From Pavona decussata (taxonomy: Eukaryota), in NCBI GenBank assembly GCA_977016875.1, contig CDRNST010000101.1, positions 248,001-312,000 on the forward strand: a DNA stretch of 64,000 bases, read 5' to 3'. The number at the start of each line of letters is the position of its first letter. Within the stretch, counting starts at the first letter, position 1. The notes beneath the pieces were generated by a model. That model was not told the origin of the DNA. It worked only from the letters and a program-made list of their open reading frames with translations, and searched no databases. The translations under genes were made by a program, and so were the position numbers. Shown here piece after piece: positions 26,141 through 39,886 of the stretch.

Positions 26141-27941
26141 TTTCTTTCGAGGCCGAAAACCCAAGGTATATTTTTGCGTAAATTACCTCTATTCAAATGA
26201 AATAAAAGGGTTTGTAGATTTATCGGATTTTAAAATTGGACAAAATCTTTGTCACATATTAGAGCATCAAATTGTGTGAGGCTTTTGCGAAAATCACAAT
26301 ATTTTTTTTCATGACGTCTGATTGCGGAACAGCAGCCAGGAAAATTCCTTTTGCCCAACTTTTAAAGGGATTTCCTGAGCAACCAATAGAAATATCGAAA
26401 AAGCCTCACACACTTGTTAGCCCATTATGTCCTGAGTGATATAGTCCAGTCAGTTTGGACAACCACAGTAATACCAAGGCTGGTTATTGAGCTTAGGAAA
26501 CTCGGTCATTTTTGCATATAAAGGCTTCCGCGTGCCAATCAAAGCAAAAAATAGCAAAATATCTTGTTATTTTCGGATTCTACAGTTTATTAGCTTTACA
26601 ATGATAGAGAATTAGCGCACAAAAAAGTGCTCTCCGGAAGGCACCCCTGAAGGAATGTAAGTCCGCCAGGCCAAATGAACAGAGGAACCCAGAAACATTT
26701 GCCAGACCACAACAGGTACCCTAATCCAAACTTTGGGCATTTTTAAGCCGCCCTTCGTTTGTACTATTATGAAAGTTAACCCTGCATTATGTGAATTGAA
26801 CTTGCTTCAGTTATTTCATATTTAGGGAAAGAGTGTCCCGAGAAAGTGTTTTTTTGAGCTAAGGTCATCATATCCGGTCATCGGTGGGCAAATATATTTT
26901 CGCGCCTGACCTGCCCTACAAGAAAATGAGGCACGCAATAAAAATTCTGCTTTTGTTGCTTTGCATCGCAATACAGTTTCGGGTTTTGCATCTCCCCAGT
27001 TTGTTTCCAAACTGCAAAAATACACACGCCAAAGTGTTGCATCGTTTTTAACCCTAGTTACATTTTCCTTGCATTCAAGCCAAACTCATCTGACTCATGC
27101 TAACAAAAAGGAACATTTGTGCACTATTAAACTAATTATAACCTGATTAGGAAACAAAGAAAGTGGCTCACAGAATTCCACTCTTAACACTTCAAGACGC
27201 CAATTGCTTGGCAAATCATCAGGGGTGACACAGCAGCAAAACATCTACGCATGCACGAATTTTGGGCATTTCCGGTCGAGATCACGCTTTCCAGTTCCAG
27301 GTTATGTTTCGATCTGTTGGAGTCTTAAAACTTTCCTGCTGTGGATCAGTAACCACATGTTAAAAATGAAGTGGACCAATGATTAAGAAAACGTAAGCTC
27401 GCCATAATTTCTTACAATGGTTGATTCTGAAGTCGAGTGGTACTGATTATCTTTTCCAAACCGTTCAAAAATGTGATTCTATGCATGTTTGCCCGCCATT
27501 TCAGCCCAAGTTATGAATATTGGGTCAATATTTTGTCGGTTGGTGAATTGTGTTTAAACACCTAGCTCTACTATCGCAATTTGTCCGTTTGCCATCATAT
27601 CAGATGTTCTTGGAAAGACTGCTGTTACAAATTCTCAATTATGTATTTTTTTATTAATTAGACCCAAGGAAGACACAAGGTCTATCTGTTTCAAATGTTA
27701 TTATAAGCAACGACACAAAGCCTTTCACTCAGTCATCTTGTCTGGTAAATGCATGACTTCAAACTTTGAAAATTATGGTCACCAAAACATATAACCTGAA
27801 GCTAAAGTTTAAACATGCATGCAAGTATGGCTGAAAAAAGTTCTGGTTGCAAAATAAGTTAGTGAAAAGCGCCCGCTTCTGTTCGCGACGTCAAGTTTTG
27901 ACCCAGAGCAGGCTACTTGACGTTTCATTTAAAATGATTTG

Positions 27942-28510
27942 NNNNNNNNNNNNNNNNNNNNNNNNNNNNNNNNNNNNNNNNNNNNNNNNNNNNNNNNNNN
28001 NNNNNNNNNNNNNNNNNNNNNNNNNNNNNNNNNNNNNNNNNNNNNNNNNNNNNNNNNNNNNNNNNNNNNNNNNNNNNNNNNNNNNNNNNNNNNNNNNNNN
28101 NNNNNNNNNNNNNNNNNNNNNNNNNNNNNNNNNNNNNNNNNNNNNNNNNNNNNNNNNNNNNNNNNNNNNNNNNNNNNNNNNNNNNNNNNNNNNNNNNNNN
28201 NNNNNNNNNNNNNNNNNNNNNNNNNNNNNNNNNNNNNNNNNNNNNNNNNNNNNNNNNNNNNNNNNNNNNNNNNNNNNNNNNNNNNNNNNNNNNNNNNNNN
28301 NNNNNNNNNNNNNNNNNNNNNNNNNNNNNNNNNNNNNNNNNNNNNNNNNNNNNNNNNNNNNNNNNNNNNNNNNNNNNNNNNNNNNNNNNNNNNNNNNNNN
28401 NNNNNNNNNNNNNNNNNNNNNNNNNNNNNNNNNNNNNNNNNNNNNNNNNNNNNNNNNNNNNNNNNNNNNNNNNNNNNNNNNNNNNNNNNNNNNNNNNNNN
28501 NNNNNNNNNN
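27942..28510. other. Assembly gap (N run)
   Basis: Run of n. Confidence 1.
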
Positions 28511-29928
28511 ATGCCACTGGAATGCTTGAATAATGGTCAATGCTTTTACTTTACCGAAATGATCGAAAAAATCCTAGCATAATTTGTGCAAAAACCGAAT
28601 TTGCCCAAGGTAAAAAAAGATAACTAAGAAAAGACCGGATTGATACTGAAGCCTAAACTTCTGGCAGAATTTATCAAATCTCTGGATGCCCCATGTTGCT
28701 GAATAAATAATCCTTCTTCCTTATGCATTAAATGTGTCTACTGTCACCTGAAATAATAATAATAAATATTATTTGTAGCACCCTTTTTACGTACACTGTA
28801 AGTAAAATCTAAGAAAATAATTAAATTTGTTCTTGTTTATTTCATTTCGGGGTTTCATAGGATAGTAGTATATTCTGTACGTGGAAACCTCATGGTGAAA
28901 GAAGAATCAAATGTGTAATCTTATTATAGGTAGATTCTAGATTTGTCTGCTGTTATGGTTGATAAACATGATTATTCCAACTTGGGAGTGTTCCTCATAT
29001 GCAAGGCAAGGGAAATAAATATACCTGAGACAAGTCATGTCAGCTTAAAAGAAACTTAATATAACATGTGATTTATTGTGTAAATCAAGATTACCAGAAA
29101 TATGCTGTGATATGCAATAAAACAGCTGTTCTCTTTTCTTGTAATACACGATGCTCATCACTCATTTTTGGATCATCTCGCAAAATAATATTTTGATTAT
29201 GATCTAAGAATCCAATTATAGTGTAGAATAAGATTAAAAAGACCAGGTGCATTTTTCTCTACAAACGTTTCCATCTCTGAGGGTGTGTACAGTGCAAGTG
29301 CGAGATTGCCTTCATGGTGTTGGTGCAATGCTCTCTGGAATCTCTCTACCAGGTAATCAAATGAATTTTTGGAAAAAAATGAGATAGGGATGCAGAACTT
29401 TTTATCTTTATAAGTAGAAACTAATGGTCACTACATACTCCATCAAGAAGTTTAAATAAACTCTCACAACTAGTACCATACGAAATATGTGGAGGATAAT
29501 AATATTATCCAGATATTTAAATTGTGATCAGAATATGCATATTTATACTGGGGCTTAATTCCATTCCCTCTGGGGTTGGGGGTGCTTTTGTATAAGTTAC
29601 AAAGGTGATTGTTGTCTCTTCTAGCAGATGAAAAAATATTACAATATATTACTTATTTTTATAGTGAAATATACATGTTGATGATCAGAGTAATCCTTCA
29701 GAAGGATGTTTAGTAGAACTGCTGTTACTGAAATATCTCTATTATGTTATTGAGATTCTTTTTTTTTTTTGCTCAAGTAGTTGTGTAGTTAAACTGACCT
29801 GATGAGTCTTTGAAAACTGTTTCAATCCTGTTCTACACACGTCTTTCTACTAAGACATCTCCATGACAATTGACTTTCACAACTCTGAAAGAAGTTTGTA
29901 TTGTCCTCAAGGTGTCCTGATTTGGAAC

Positions 29929-30063
29929 NNNNNNNNNNNNNNNNNNNNNNNNNNNNNNNNNNNNNNNNNNNNNNNNNNNNNNNNNNNNNNNNNNNNNNNN
30001 NNNNNNNNNNNNNNNNNNNNNNNNNNNNNNNNNNNNNNNNNNNNNNNNNNNNNNNNNNNNNNN
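29929..30063. other. Assembly gap (N run)
   Basis: Run of n. Confidence 1.
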
Positions 30064-30339
30064 NATAATTGGGGAAAATGCCTTTACTTTTAACAAATAT
30101 ACAAAAACTATTTTTATTAAGGTTTACTATTGGGTTGCAAACTTAGCAACGTTAATAATGATGAAGTAAAAGGCAAACTTAAAAATTATGGAACAAATAA
30201 TATAAAGAGCAAGGCAGGGTATGTTTGATGAAGAGAGACCGTGTTGTTTAAAATATTGGAAAGGAAAAATATATTTCTCTGACTGTGAAATTAGCCTTGC
30301 TCTTTATATTATTTGTTCTACAATTTATTGCTCCTTTAC

Positions 30340-30800
30340 TACAGGATCTGGTACTTTTTTTATCACGACGGTCCTTGCAAGCACATCTACTGCTGTTCAC
30401 TTAAAAATTATGCACCACCCAGAACCGAAATTGGGCCTCTTTCGGCTTATATTCTGCATGCATGGTAAACTTTTCTTCTTGGTCGACATTCTCAGCACAT
30501 TTGTTGCAGCACCTTGTTCCCGGACGATAAGGAACATTACCTGCCTTTCCAAAAGCGTCCAGCACGGCATAAAGTCAAGAAGGTATCCCGTTTTTGTGGA
30601 GAGCGTACGAGTAGTTTTTCTGAGTAACCGAATACCGGTTGTTTCCCTCCTAATTTCGTCCCAGTAAACCCGGCAAACTATTGAACCAACTGGAAGTTCA
30701 GCGGCCCTGGCTAACTGAGGTGTCAAGAAGAAATGTCGGCCTCTGCATTTTCGTTTACTTAACCTTTTCCCCACACTTCTCATCTTGCGAGGAACAACAT
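30340..30800 (-). pseudogene. Cys-rich N-terminal fragment, probably from a DNA-transposon gene
   Basis: Frameshifted pieces LPVGSIVCRV and YRPGTRCCNKC resemble zinc-binding N-termini of transposases. Confidence 0.3.
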
Positions 30801-31266
30801 TTAAACAACAGCACAACAACAACCACGGACTGAAAAACTATTCTTCTGTAGCGCGAGCGGGTCGCATCTTCGAACATTGTTTTCACCCTTGGTGCAAAGG
30901 TTTGAAAACAGCAAAATAAATTAACTCACCAGGAAAACAATTTTTATACTTAAGTTTGTTTCGTAACTCTTGAGTTTGGTTTTTAAACTTCGTGCGACGG
31001 GAGTTTTTTGTTGACGCAATAGGTTTTAATAGCTAACCGGAAATACGACACTGACTGGAAGTTCAGTGGTTCGTACATGTGCAGTGCGTTTTACCGCTGT
31101 GTCATCAGAGGCACGCAAGGGAGCGGTGGAATATCTTTCAGAAGAAGTCTAAAATCAGAGGAAACCACAGCTTATAAGTTCAGATAATAAAATACCATTT
31201 TCTTAAAGTTTGTGCCAAATTACCATTATTGTAAAAAAATCTGAACACAATGAACTGCTCTTGTCC

Positions 31267-31702
31267 TGTTCCGGGGTCGAGTCCTTGTGTTGTCGAAGTA
31301 TCGGCCCTGGTTAGGTAGTGTCCAACCACACACTTTGGTACGATTTCACTGTTTATTTAAACTTGATTATTCGTCTTGAAAGCATGCGGTGAGAACTGAA
31401 ATTGCAGTACTATGTGTTACGACTAAATTAAATGGAAAACTATGACTAAACGAAAAGAATATTGAATGTGAAAGTTAAGGCCAAACTTACGTTATACTTC
31501 CTGGCTCCGTAGAAACGAAAACTATAAAAATATCTCCAAAAAAGTGTCTCCAGTAGTGAGCTAAATATCTCCGAAATCTCCCGAGCTTGTACTAAAATTC
31601 CTCGCGCTCTAATTACATGTTTGGCTAAGAAACTGAATCACTAACTAGAAAAGATTAACTTGTCACAAGACGACAATAAATTGAAAGTAACGCAATGCTA
31701 AG
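31267..31702 (-). repeat. 3' LTR of the BEL element, partially deleted
   Basis: Matches 39114-39549 with about 10 differences in ~435 bp. Lacks the 39550-39886 part. Confidence 0.9.
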
Positions 31703-34700
31703 GATTAAAAATCCTTGCTCCAATCAATGTTCTAATCAAAGTTCCAAATCAATGTCAATATAAGGTAAGTTCTAGGCTCTCCGATCAAGTCTCCTCCTGT
31801 TTTAGTAGAAGAACAGAACTGCATATGGGACGGTCATAGGTCTTCATGCTTCCTCCTTTCCATGACGCCACTTTGGCTCTCCGTACTTTTCCGTCCGCAC
31901 TCCGTGTGGCCTCCACGATCTTCCCCAGTCGTTTCGATGGGCGTCTTCGTCCTTTACGAGTACCACGTCTCCTACAGAGAGGTTGCGCTCCCGGCTCTCC
32001 CATTTCGGCCTGTTCTGTAAATTCTGCAGGTATTCTTTTCTCCATCGGACCCAAAATTGGTCGGCCAGGTATTGGGCCTTTCTCCACCAATTTCGGGCGT
32101 AGAGGTCCTGTTGCACGAAGTGACCAGGGGCGGGGGCCAGGGGGCAAGTCTTCATAGTAAGCACCATAGCAGGAGTTACGGGTTGTGGCTCGTCGACGTC
32201 CGAAGGTATTACTGCAATGGGGCGGCTGTTAACGATTCCACTAACTTCTGCCATGAGGGTCACCAGTAGTTCGTGGGTAGGCTGAGCGTGTCCGATCCCC
32301 AACAGCATCGCATCCAATACGCGTCGGACCGCACCAATTTGGCGTTCCCACACGCCCCCGAAGTGTGACGCGTGCGGTGGATTGAATATCCATTCACAAC
32401 CTTGTTCTGCGGTAAACTTGTGGATCTGTGTTTGGTCCATCTCCGAGAGCGCGTCGTCCAACTGTGATTTTCCTCCCACAAAGCTAGTACCCTGGTCGCA
32501 CCTGAGTTTCGCCACCGGGCCGCGGATGGTAAGGAATCGGCGAAGTGCGCAGATGAATGAATTGGCATCCAACATCTCGATCTGGATGGCGCGGCTACTC
32601 AGACAGGTAAAGATGAGTCCCCAGCGCTTGGAGTTCACTGTGCCACCTCTGAGTCTTCTTGTGGTGATCTCCCAAGGACCTAAGACGTCGAACCCGACAT
32701 TCGTGAAGGGAGGGCTTGTCTCCATTCGGTCTGATGGCAGATTAGCCATTTGTTGCATTTAAGTTGCTCCTCTCAACTTCTTGCAGGTCACGCGGGCTTC
32801 AATAAGACTTGCTATGATTCGATGTCCTCGAATGACCCAGAGTCCAGCTTCACGGACGGCCCCACGTGTCATTTGTCTGCCTTGGTGATAGACGTTTTCG
32901 TGGAAGTGGCAGATCATCAGCTGCGATACGTGGTGTCTATGTATCTCCACTGACTTGGTTCCGTAGCGTTACGAATCGTTTGGACGCGGTTTGCGACATA
33001 CACATAGAATCTTCTGCTTTCGTTTTGAATGTAGCCAAGCACGACCTTCGAGTCGGAGTAGTAAATCTCTTCGTTGGTTTCGACATCGAGCTCTTTGCGT
33101 ACCATTCTCACAGCCTGGGTAGCTAGTACTGCACTGCACAACTCTAATCTTGGGATGCTTGTTGAGTGGGTCGGTGCGATCTTGGATCGTCCGAACAGAA
33201 GCGAAACGCTTATGTCTCCTTCGGTGTTGATTTCAGGCAGGTATACGGCAGTTCCAATGGCTTCCTTGCTTGCATCGGCGAATGCATGGATCTCCCTTGG
33301 TTTAATGGATCCGAATCCAATGGGGTGATAGCACCGCGGAATGGACACATTCTCGAGGTGGGGGAGTGCGCGTCTCCAACGGTCCCAGCGGTGGCTCATG
33401 TTCTCCGGGAGTGGATCGTACCAGCCGAGAGCGCTTTTGTCTTTCGTCTTCTTTCCCATGATGACGAGCTCTTGCAGAATCAGGTTTCCCTCCAAAATGA
33501 CAGGTGACGCTAACCCCAATGGATCATAAACAGAGTTCACGATAGACAGCACTCCTCTCCGAGTAAAGGGCTTCTCTGGTAGCGAGACACGGAAGATGAA
33601 GCAATCCTTCTCGATGTCCCAGTGGACGCCAAGGGAACGTTGGATCGGCAATACACTACAGCGCAGATACAGGTCACTAATACTCTTGGCACCATCTTCA
33701 GCTGGAAACGCTTCCATGACAGTGACTTCGTTCGAAACAACTTTGTCTAGCCTGATGTTTGCGGTAGCCAGCATTGCTTGTGCGTTTCTGAGTAAATTGA
33801 CAGATCCGTTTGTGGTAAGACAAGCCATCATCAACGTAGAAGTTTCTGTGCACGAATTGGCTTGTTTCTTTCCCGAACTTCTCCTCGCCGTCGTCTGCCA
33901 TGTGCGTTAGTCCAAAGGTAGCTATGGCGGGACTGGGGGCGTTGCCGAAAAGGTGTACGGTCATTCTGTACTCCACAATCTCCTTCGAGAGATCGTTGTC
34001 TTCAAACCAGAGAAATCGAAGGAAGTTCTGGTGTTCTACGTTCACATGAAAGGTGTGAAACATCTTTTCGATGTCACACATCACGACAATGTTCTCCTTG
34101 CCGTAACGAATCTGAACTCCGACCAGGCTGTTCATCAGATCTGAACGCGGAAGAAGTTCTTTGTTGATAGAGACCCCTTGAAACTCCGCTGACGAGTCGA
34201 ATACAACGCGTATTTGGTCTGGCTTTTTTGGATGATAGACGCCGAAATGCGGTAGGTACCACATGCGGCCGTCGTTAGATCCTCCTTGTTTCCTTTGGTC
34301 TGGCGCGGCAAGTCTGTTGCATGCGCTTGTCTCTGGCAGGCTAGTTTGTACTTCATCTAACTCCTCTGGCCGAACGTGAACTGCGTGTCCGCGCTCAATA
34401 ATCTTACCCATAAAGGTGAAGTATTCTTCCTTCATCTTCGGTTTCTTCTTAAAGGTGTTCAGAAGGCCTCTAAGACGGTTAACTGCCAAGGAACGGTTGT
34501 TAGGCATCACAGTGTTTGGGGAATGAAAGGGAAGTGGCATTTCCCAGTTTCCGCGCTTGTTTTTGTGGATTCCCATCTCCATAATCTCCAGGAAGCGCTT
34601 GTCTTCTTGTGACATGCTCACCATGTTGTTGTCCGGCGTACTCTGGAAGAGCTCAGCTCCAATTTCTCCTTTCTCCGAATATCTCTCCTTATTGAAGTGG

Positions 34701-36712
34701 TTTGGGCAGGGTGTGACTTCATGTTGCACGGGAGCACGATGAGCTTGACTGCTCCAGGGTGAGTCCAGATGTTTGTCTGAATACTTAAGGACTGTGCGAT
34801 GTGCGGAGATGTGAACAGGACCGCCGACTCGATCTAAGCACATTTGACCAGATACTGTCCAGCCTAAGTCAAGTTGCTGTGGCCACGGGGCTCCTTTAGG
34901 GCCATTCTTGCTCTCTGATCTTCAATAACTCAGGCGCATCTCTGCCGATGATGATTTCAATCTTTGCTTCGGGATCATAAGCCGGGATCTCCTCTGCAAT
35001 CTCTTTAAGATGGGGAAACTGTCTAGCCATCTCTGCTGTCACGATCTCTCGCTTGTCTTGAGGGATGTCAGCACACTCGACAAGTTGGGGTAGCTTGAAA
35101 GTTCTGCCAGCCATAGAACGTATCACAATACTGGACATTCGCCGCCCTGACTTTTCTTCTCTCTGCCCACTGCACGTTGACAGGGAGTACTTCAGGTCCG
35201 GTCCAGTCGCACCTAACTTGTTCGCTAGGTTTGGGCTAATCAATGAAGCGTTGCTCTGGTCGTCCAGAATTGCGTAAATACGACAGGATTCTTTTGCTCC
35301 ATTTTCTTTGAGAACATCTACAAGTACGATCTTGCTGCACGAAACTCCTCCACTGCTTGGATTGTTACAGACCGAGGTGCAGGCTGTCTGGAGCTCCTCC
35401 CCGTTTTCCCTTCTTGCGGGTTCGGGCTTCTCTTTGTGGAGTATTGTGGGAAGACGGTGATCCCCACACTTAGCGCATTTGATGACAGCAGAACATTCGC
35501 CAGATCTGTGCCCTTGTGACAGACAGGGGAAGCATAGTCCTACTCTTAGAATACACTCGTTTTTCGCTTCGAGGGGTTCATTTTCAAAGGCTATGCATTC
35601 GGCTAGAAAGTGTCCTTTTCGCTGATGGAAGTGACAATACGGGATGTTTCTGTTTTCGGGGCTGGCTGTGTTTGTTTTGAGTACTCTCCTTGGCTCCATG
35701 TCTTCTCCTGGTGAGTAAGCGGGGCGTGGCCTGTGCTCACGAGTCTTCTGCTTATGACTGCTCGATTGTGTGCCTGCCAAAACGTTCGGGTGATTCCTCA
35801 GTCGGGCTTGTTCTTTGACCATAGCGGCAAAGTCTTTGAATCCGGGATACGCGTTGTGATGCTTGTCCCCGTAATTCACTACACGCTTCTCCCATTTCGA
35901 GCGGAGAGAATTGGGTAAGTTCTCCATGATAGGGCCAATTGCGGTGAGGTAGTTCAGGCACCCGAGACCTGGCAGGAAGTCGAGCTGACTATCTACGTCG
36001 GCACATGTCCGCGAATGCTTGAAGCTTGTCGCCGTCTCCTTCTCCAAATCGGGCTGCTTTCCGTAATCGCTCTAGGAGAACGTTAGTGATGGCGGCGGTG
36101 TTCCCAAAGCGTCTCTCCAACTCTGTCCACACGTCTCGTAATGCGTCGACTGGATCCCTGTATTGTCTCTGTCGATAGTTGTTTACGACTTTCTGAGCAT
36201 CTCCTTTTGTGTAGCTTCTCAGATAGTTATACTCCTGCTCTAGGGACACGTCTGCATCCTTTATCATAGCTCGGAAAGTGCTTTTCCAGGGATGGAAGAG
36301 CGTTACATCTCCCGCGAATATCTCCGGATGGCACTTCGGAAGATTCTGCCGGGCTAAACTTGCTGCCAGCTTTTGATTGACTGTCGCAAGTTCCTCCATA
36401 GGGGTAGGTGTGAAGGGGTTTGTTGTACAAGGGCCATAGAAGGGTGTGTTACTCACGTGACCATTTCTTGAGGAGAAGTTGTCGTAGCTGATGTCCTCTG
36501 TGTCGGTTAGATTTGTTCCTCCATCTGTATGTGGTTGTTTGCGGTTAACATAGCCATGTGGCATTCGAATTTGGCTCTAGTGCTTTGACGTTTTCACTCT
36601 TCCTCTGCCTCCATTTCCAACCTCGCGTTCTTTCTCCGCAAGTGAACAATCAAATTCCGCTTCTTGCCTCGCTGCTGCAGCTTCAGCTAAGGCTTTTCTC
36701 CGCGCGACGCTT

Positions 36713-38798
36713 TTTTTTTTATTTTTTATTTTTTTATTGAATAAATTTATTGACATAGACCACTTTAAATACAACAGTACTTGCGGACTTACAATACACA
36801 ATCCTACAATATAACGCCACCAACTTAATAACTAATGGAAAACTCATAGACGTACAGCTTTACTATACAACAATAGCTACAATACAACACTTCTAACTTA
36901 GATATTAATCGAAAAATGGAAAAAAAAAACTTATTGACTACAATTTTAACATTCATGATGTAATATAATATACAGTATCCGGTAGTCAGCAAATTATGTC
37001 TAACTAACTCTAGCTACCATAAATAAAGTTCCATTTATCATAGAATTCTTTGAGCGTGTTATTCTTGATACTAATGTATTTTTCTTTTTGTAATTTGATA
37101 TTTACTTTTGCTAGAAAGTTGGTTTTGTTGGGAAGAACTCCATTCCTTCTGCAATCCCACAGGAACAATTTGCCGATGATTATCAAATAATTTAGCAGGG
37201 GGCATTTTGAGGAGATGACTCCAAGAAGAACATCTTGTGAATTGAGACTTATTTGTTGATTTGTTACCTGGAGAAAAAATAATTCAAAGGCTTCCCAAAA
37301 CTGAGCTTCTATCTCTTTTTTAGAATGTGTCTCTTGCAAAAAGACAAGGGTAGACTTTTTCCTTCGACACCATAAAAACATTGTTCTTCTTTTTTGGAAG
37401 TTATTTATGCCCCTCACATTCAATGAAATCAATTTGAATATATCAGCGATCATTTAAGTAAGTTTTATGGAAATCCAGATAGTTGTGAGATTGGAGAAGG
37501 AATTTAACGAATAAAATTGATTGGAGTTGATAAATAAGTTCTAAGCTGACATATGTAAAGAGACTACCGGTAAATAAAAAATCAGACAAAAAACAAAGCC
37601 TACTGTCAGGAAATGAGAAACGTTTGATGGAATATAAACAATAATGTATCATATATACATAAACAAAAAAAGGAACGAGAATAAATAAAACACATTTAGT
37701 TAATTTACCTACAATTTGATAAGCCATTACACTTAACAATAAACTAGTGGCAGGGAAAGAGCAGACGCCTTATACTAACAATGTATGTTTGTAATGATTA
37801 TAAATTATCTAAGTCTACCTCAGAGAAGATTCTAATAGGTCTGCCATCGGGGGAAGTTTTAACAAACATCTTACCATCCATTGTCCAAACACTAAGCAAC
37901 ATACCATCTCTTCTGCGCCTGTTGGCTTCTTCTAATAATCGTCGTCTATAAGTTGTCAGGTTCTCATTGATAAAAATACCGCGTTGTGTTGTGGTTGGAT
38001 ATCCAGGGAAGAGATCTTTGATTTTAACGTTCTTCAACTGTGTACGCTTCTTGTAAAGGCTTGACTTGGTTTTGTGGCTAACAAATTTCGCGATAAGACC
38101 TTTTCCTCGTCTTAATTTGTGGCAAATCTCGATGTCCTCCGGCTCCGCCGTAATGTTAAGAGCTTCGGCTACTTTAATTACAACGTCCTCCGTACTAGAA
38201 TAGGCGTCTTCCGGAATTCCTTGTATTTCAATGGAGTTTTTACGTGTGTATTGTTTGAGGTTGTCGAAGTTATCCCATAGTTGCACAATATCTTCCGTTT
38301 GATTACGAAGTTTTTCTTTCGTTGCTTTTAGCTGTTCGTTAGTTGAATCCAGGGACGCTTTTAACGCCTTAACGTCTTTTGTAACGATTCCTTGAGCTCT
38401 TTCAGTTCGCGGTTGTTGAAATTCATACAGTCCTTTAATTCTTCCAGTTCCCTTCTCAATGCTTTGTTGTCACTCAGAAGTGATGAAACAGAGCAGTTGA
38501 TTGATCGATTGATTGCTAATAGTAAGCTTTTGATTTCTAACAGACTAGGCTCCTCCTCGCTGTCGGCCAGTGATTCGGAGGCCATGTTTACTTTCTTCAA
38601 AGCTCGAGGCAAAGTTTCTTCTTCAATGGAACCTCTCTCGCCACGCTTGTTTTTCTGAGCGCGCATTTAGTTAAAAGGACATTTGTAACTAAGATGTTAA
38701 TTTGTATTTACTGAGAGTTATTGGGCGTCGCTGCCATACTTCAACTACGCGGACGGCAAAGAGACGCGTTCACGCGGCATGACGTCCCTGCGCGAGTC
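36713..38798 (-). mobile_element. Internally deleted L1/Tx1-clade LINE with 15-bp TSD
   Basis: TSD CTCCGCGCGACGCTT at 36698-36712 and 38799-38813; poly(A) tail. ORF1 in two frames (38361..38666 coiled coil; 37798..38286 QYTRKNSIEIQGIPE...FINENLT). ORF2 37010..37453 is an endonuclease start (SLNVRGI..FLQETH) fused to the ORF2 C-terminus. Confidence 0.92.
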
Positions 38799-39113
38799 CT
38801 CCGCGCGACGCTTGATGAAGACGAAATGCGAGACGATCGCAAAGAAGTCGCCCGCGAGCGAGAACGTCACTCCGATATTTGCGAGACCGAATCCAATCTC
38901 TCGCCCAGAAGCGGCTCCATAAGGTTGCTTGGTTCGTTCCCATGAGGTGGCGGTTAAAAATGTTTTGCCATTTCGCCATTATTACGAAGTAAGTTACGAT
39001 CCAAGTTTTGGGGGGCGGTGCGCCATGCGGTGTTACGTAACAATTGTGTTTATCCTTCGAATCTCCAAAGTCTCCAAATCTCCAGCGTTTTATAGTAGAA
39101 CTTCTCACTGTCG

Positions 39114-39886
39114 CGTTCCGGGGTCGAGTCCTTGTGTTGTCGAAGTATCAACCCTGGTTAGGTAGTGTCCAACCACACACTTTGGTACGATTTCATTGTT
39201 TATTTAAACTTGATTATTCGTCTTGAAAGCATGCGGTGAGAACTGAAATTACAGTACTATGTGTAACGACTAAATTAAATGGAAAACTAGGACTAAACGA
39301 AAAGAATATTGAACGTGAAAGTTAAGGCCAAACTTACGTTATACTTCCTGGCTCCGTAGAAACGAAAACTATAAAAATATCTCCAAAAAAGTGTCTCCAG
39401 TAGTGAGCTAAATATCTCCGAAATCTCCCGAGCTTGTACAAAATTCCTCGCGCTCTAATTACATGTTTGGCTAAGAAACTGAATCACTAACTAGAAAAGA
39501 TTAACTTGTCACAAGACAACAATAAATTGAAAGTAACGCAATGCTAAGTAAGGTCCATCACAGCTCTATTTCTAATAAATATCCTTTCCATGTAGGCCAA
39601 AAATGATATAGCGAAAAACAAAACAACGACAATCCGAGAATTTTGCTTGAATGTCCTGGTCTGTCGCTCTGTCCATGTATGTTAAGCACACACTCATGCC
39701 CTGTTCGCGATACGATGAGAATACTTGTGCATGGTATTTCTAAATTTAAATACTTATGAACTAAGTATAAGCTTACTAGCTGTACTAGTAAACCATCTAA
39801 AGTAGACTTCGCGCATATGCATCTCTCAAAGACGATACTATTCCTGATACTATTGGAATGACATACAACAGCACACAAGACTGACA
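39114..39886 (-). repeat. 5' LTR of the BEL element (~773 bp)
   Basis: Starts TGTCAG on the minus strand at 39886 and ends ...CCGGAAC(G), followed by CGACAGTGAGAAG leading into gag. Confidence 0.8.

Larger units (their letters stand above)
31267..39886 (-). mobile_element. BEL/Pao LTR retrotransposon, degenerate, interrupted by an L1/Tx1
   Basis: Two LTR copies flank gag (35989-36710, resuming at 38799), Zn knuckles and protease (AILDDQSNASLI), RT (WYLPHFGVYHPKK...RVVFD...NFYVDD), Pao RNaseH (IHAFADASKEAIG, SIPRLELC) and integrase (PFTNVGFDVLGP, PPHASHFGGVWER, FWVRWRKEYL). Confidence 0.95.

Noticed and set aside
27847-30096. Long ORFs containing X runs
   Set aside because: Artefacts of N gaps.
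31846-35918. Plus-strand ORFs over the BEL pol region
   Set aside because: Antisense shadows of GC-richer coding sequence with no recognisable motifs.
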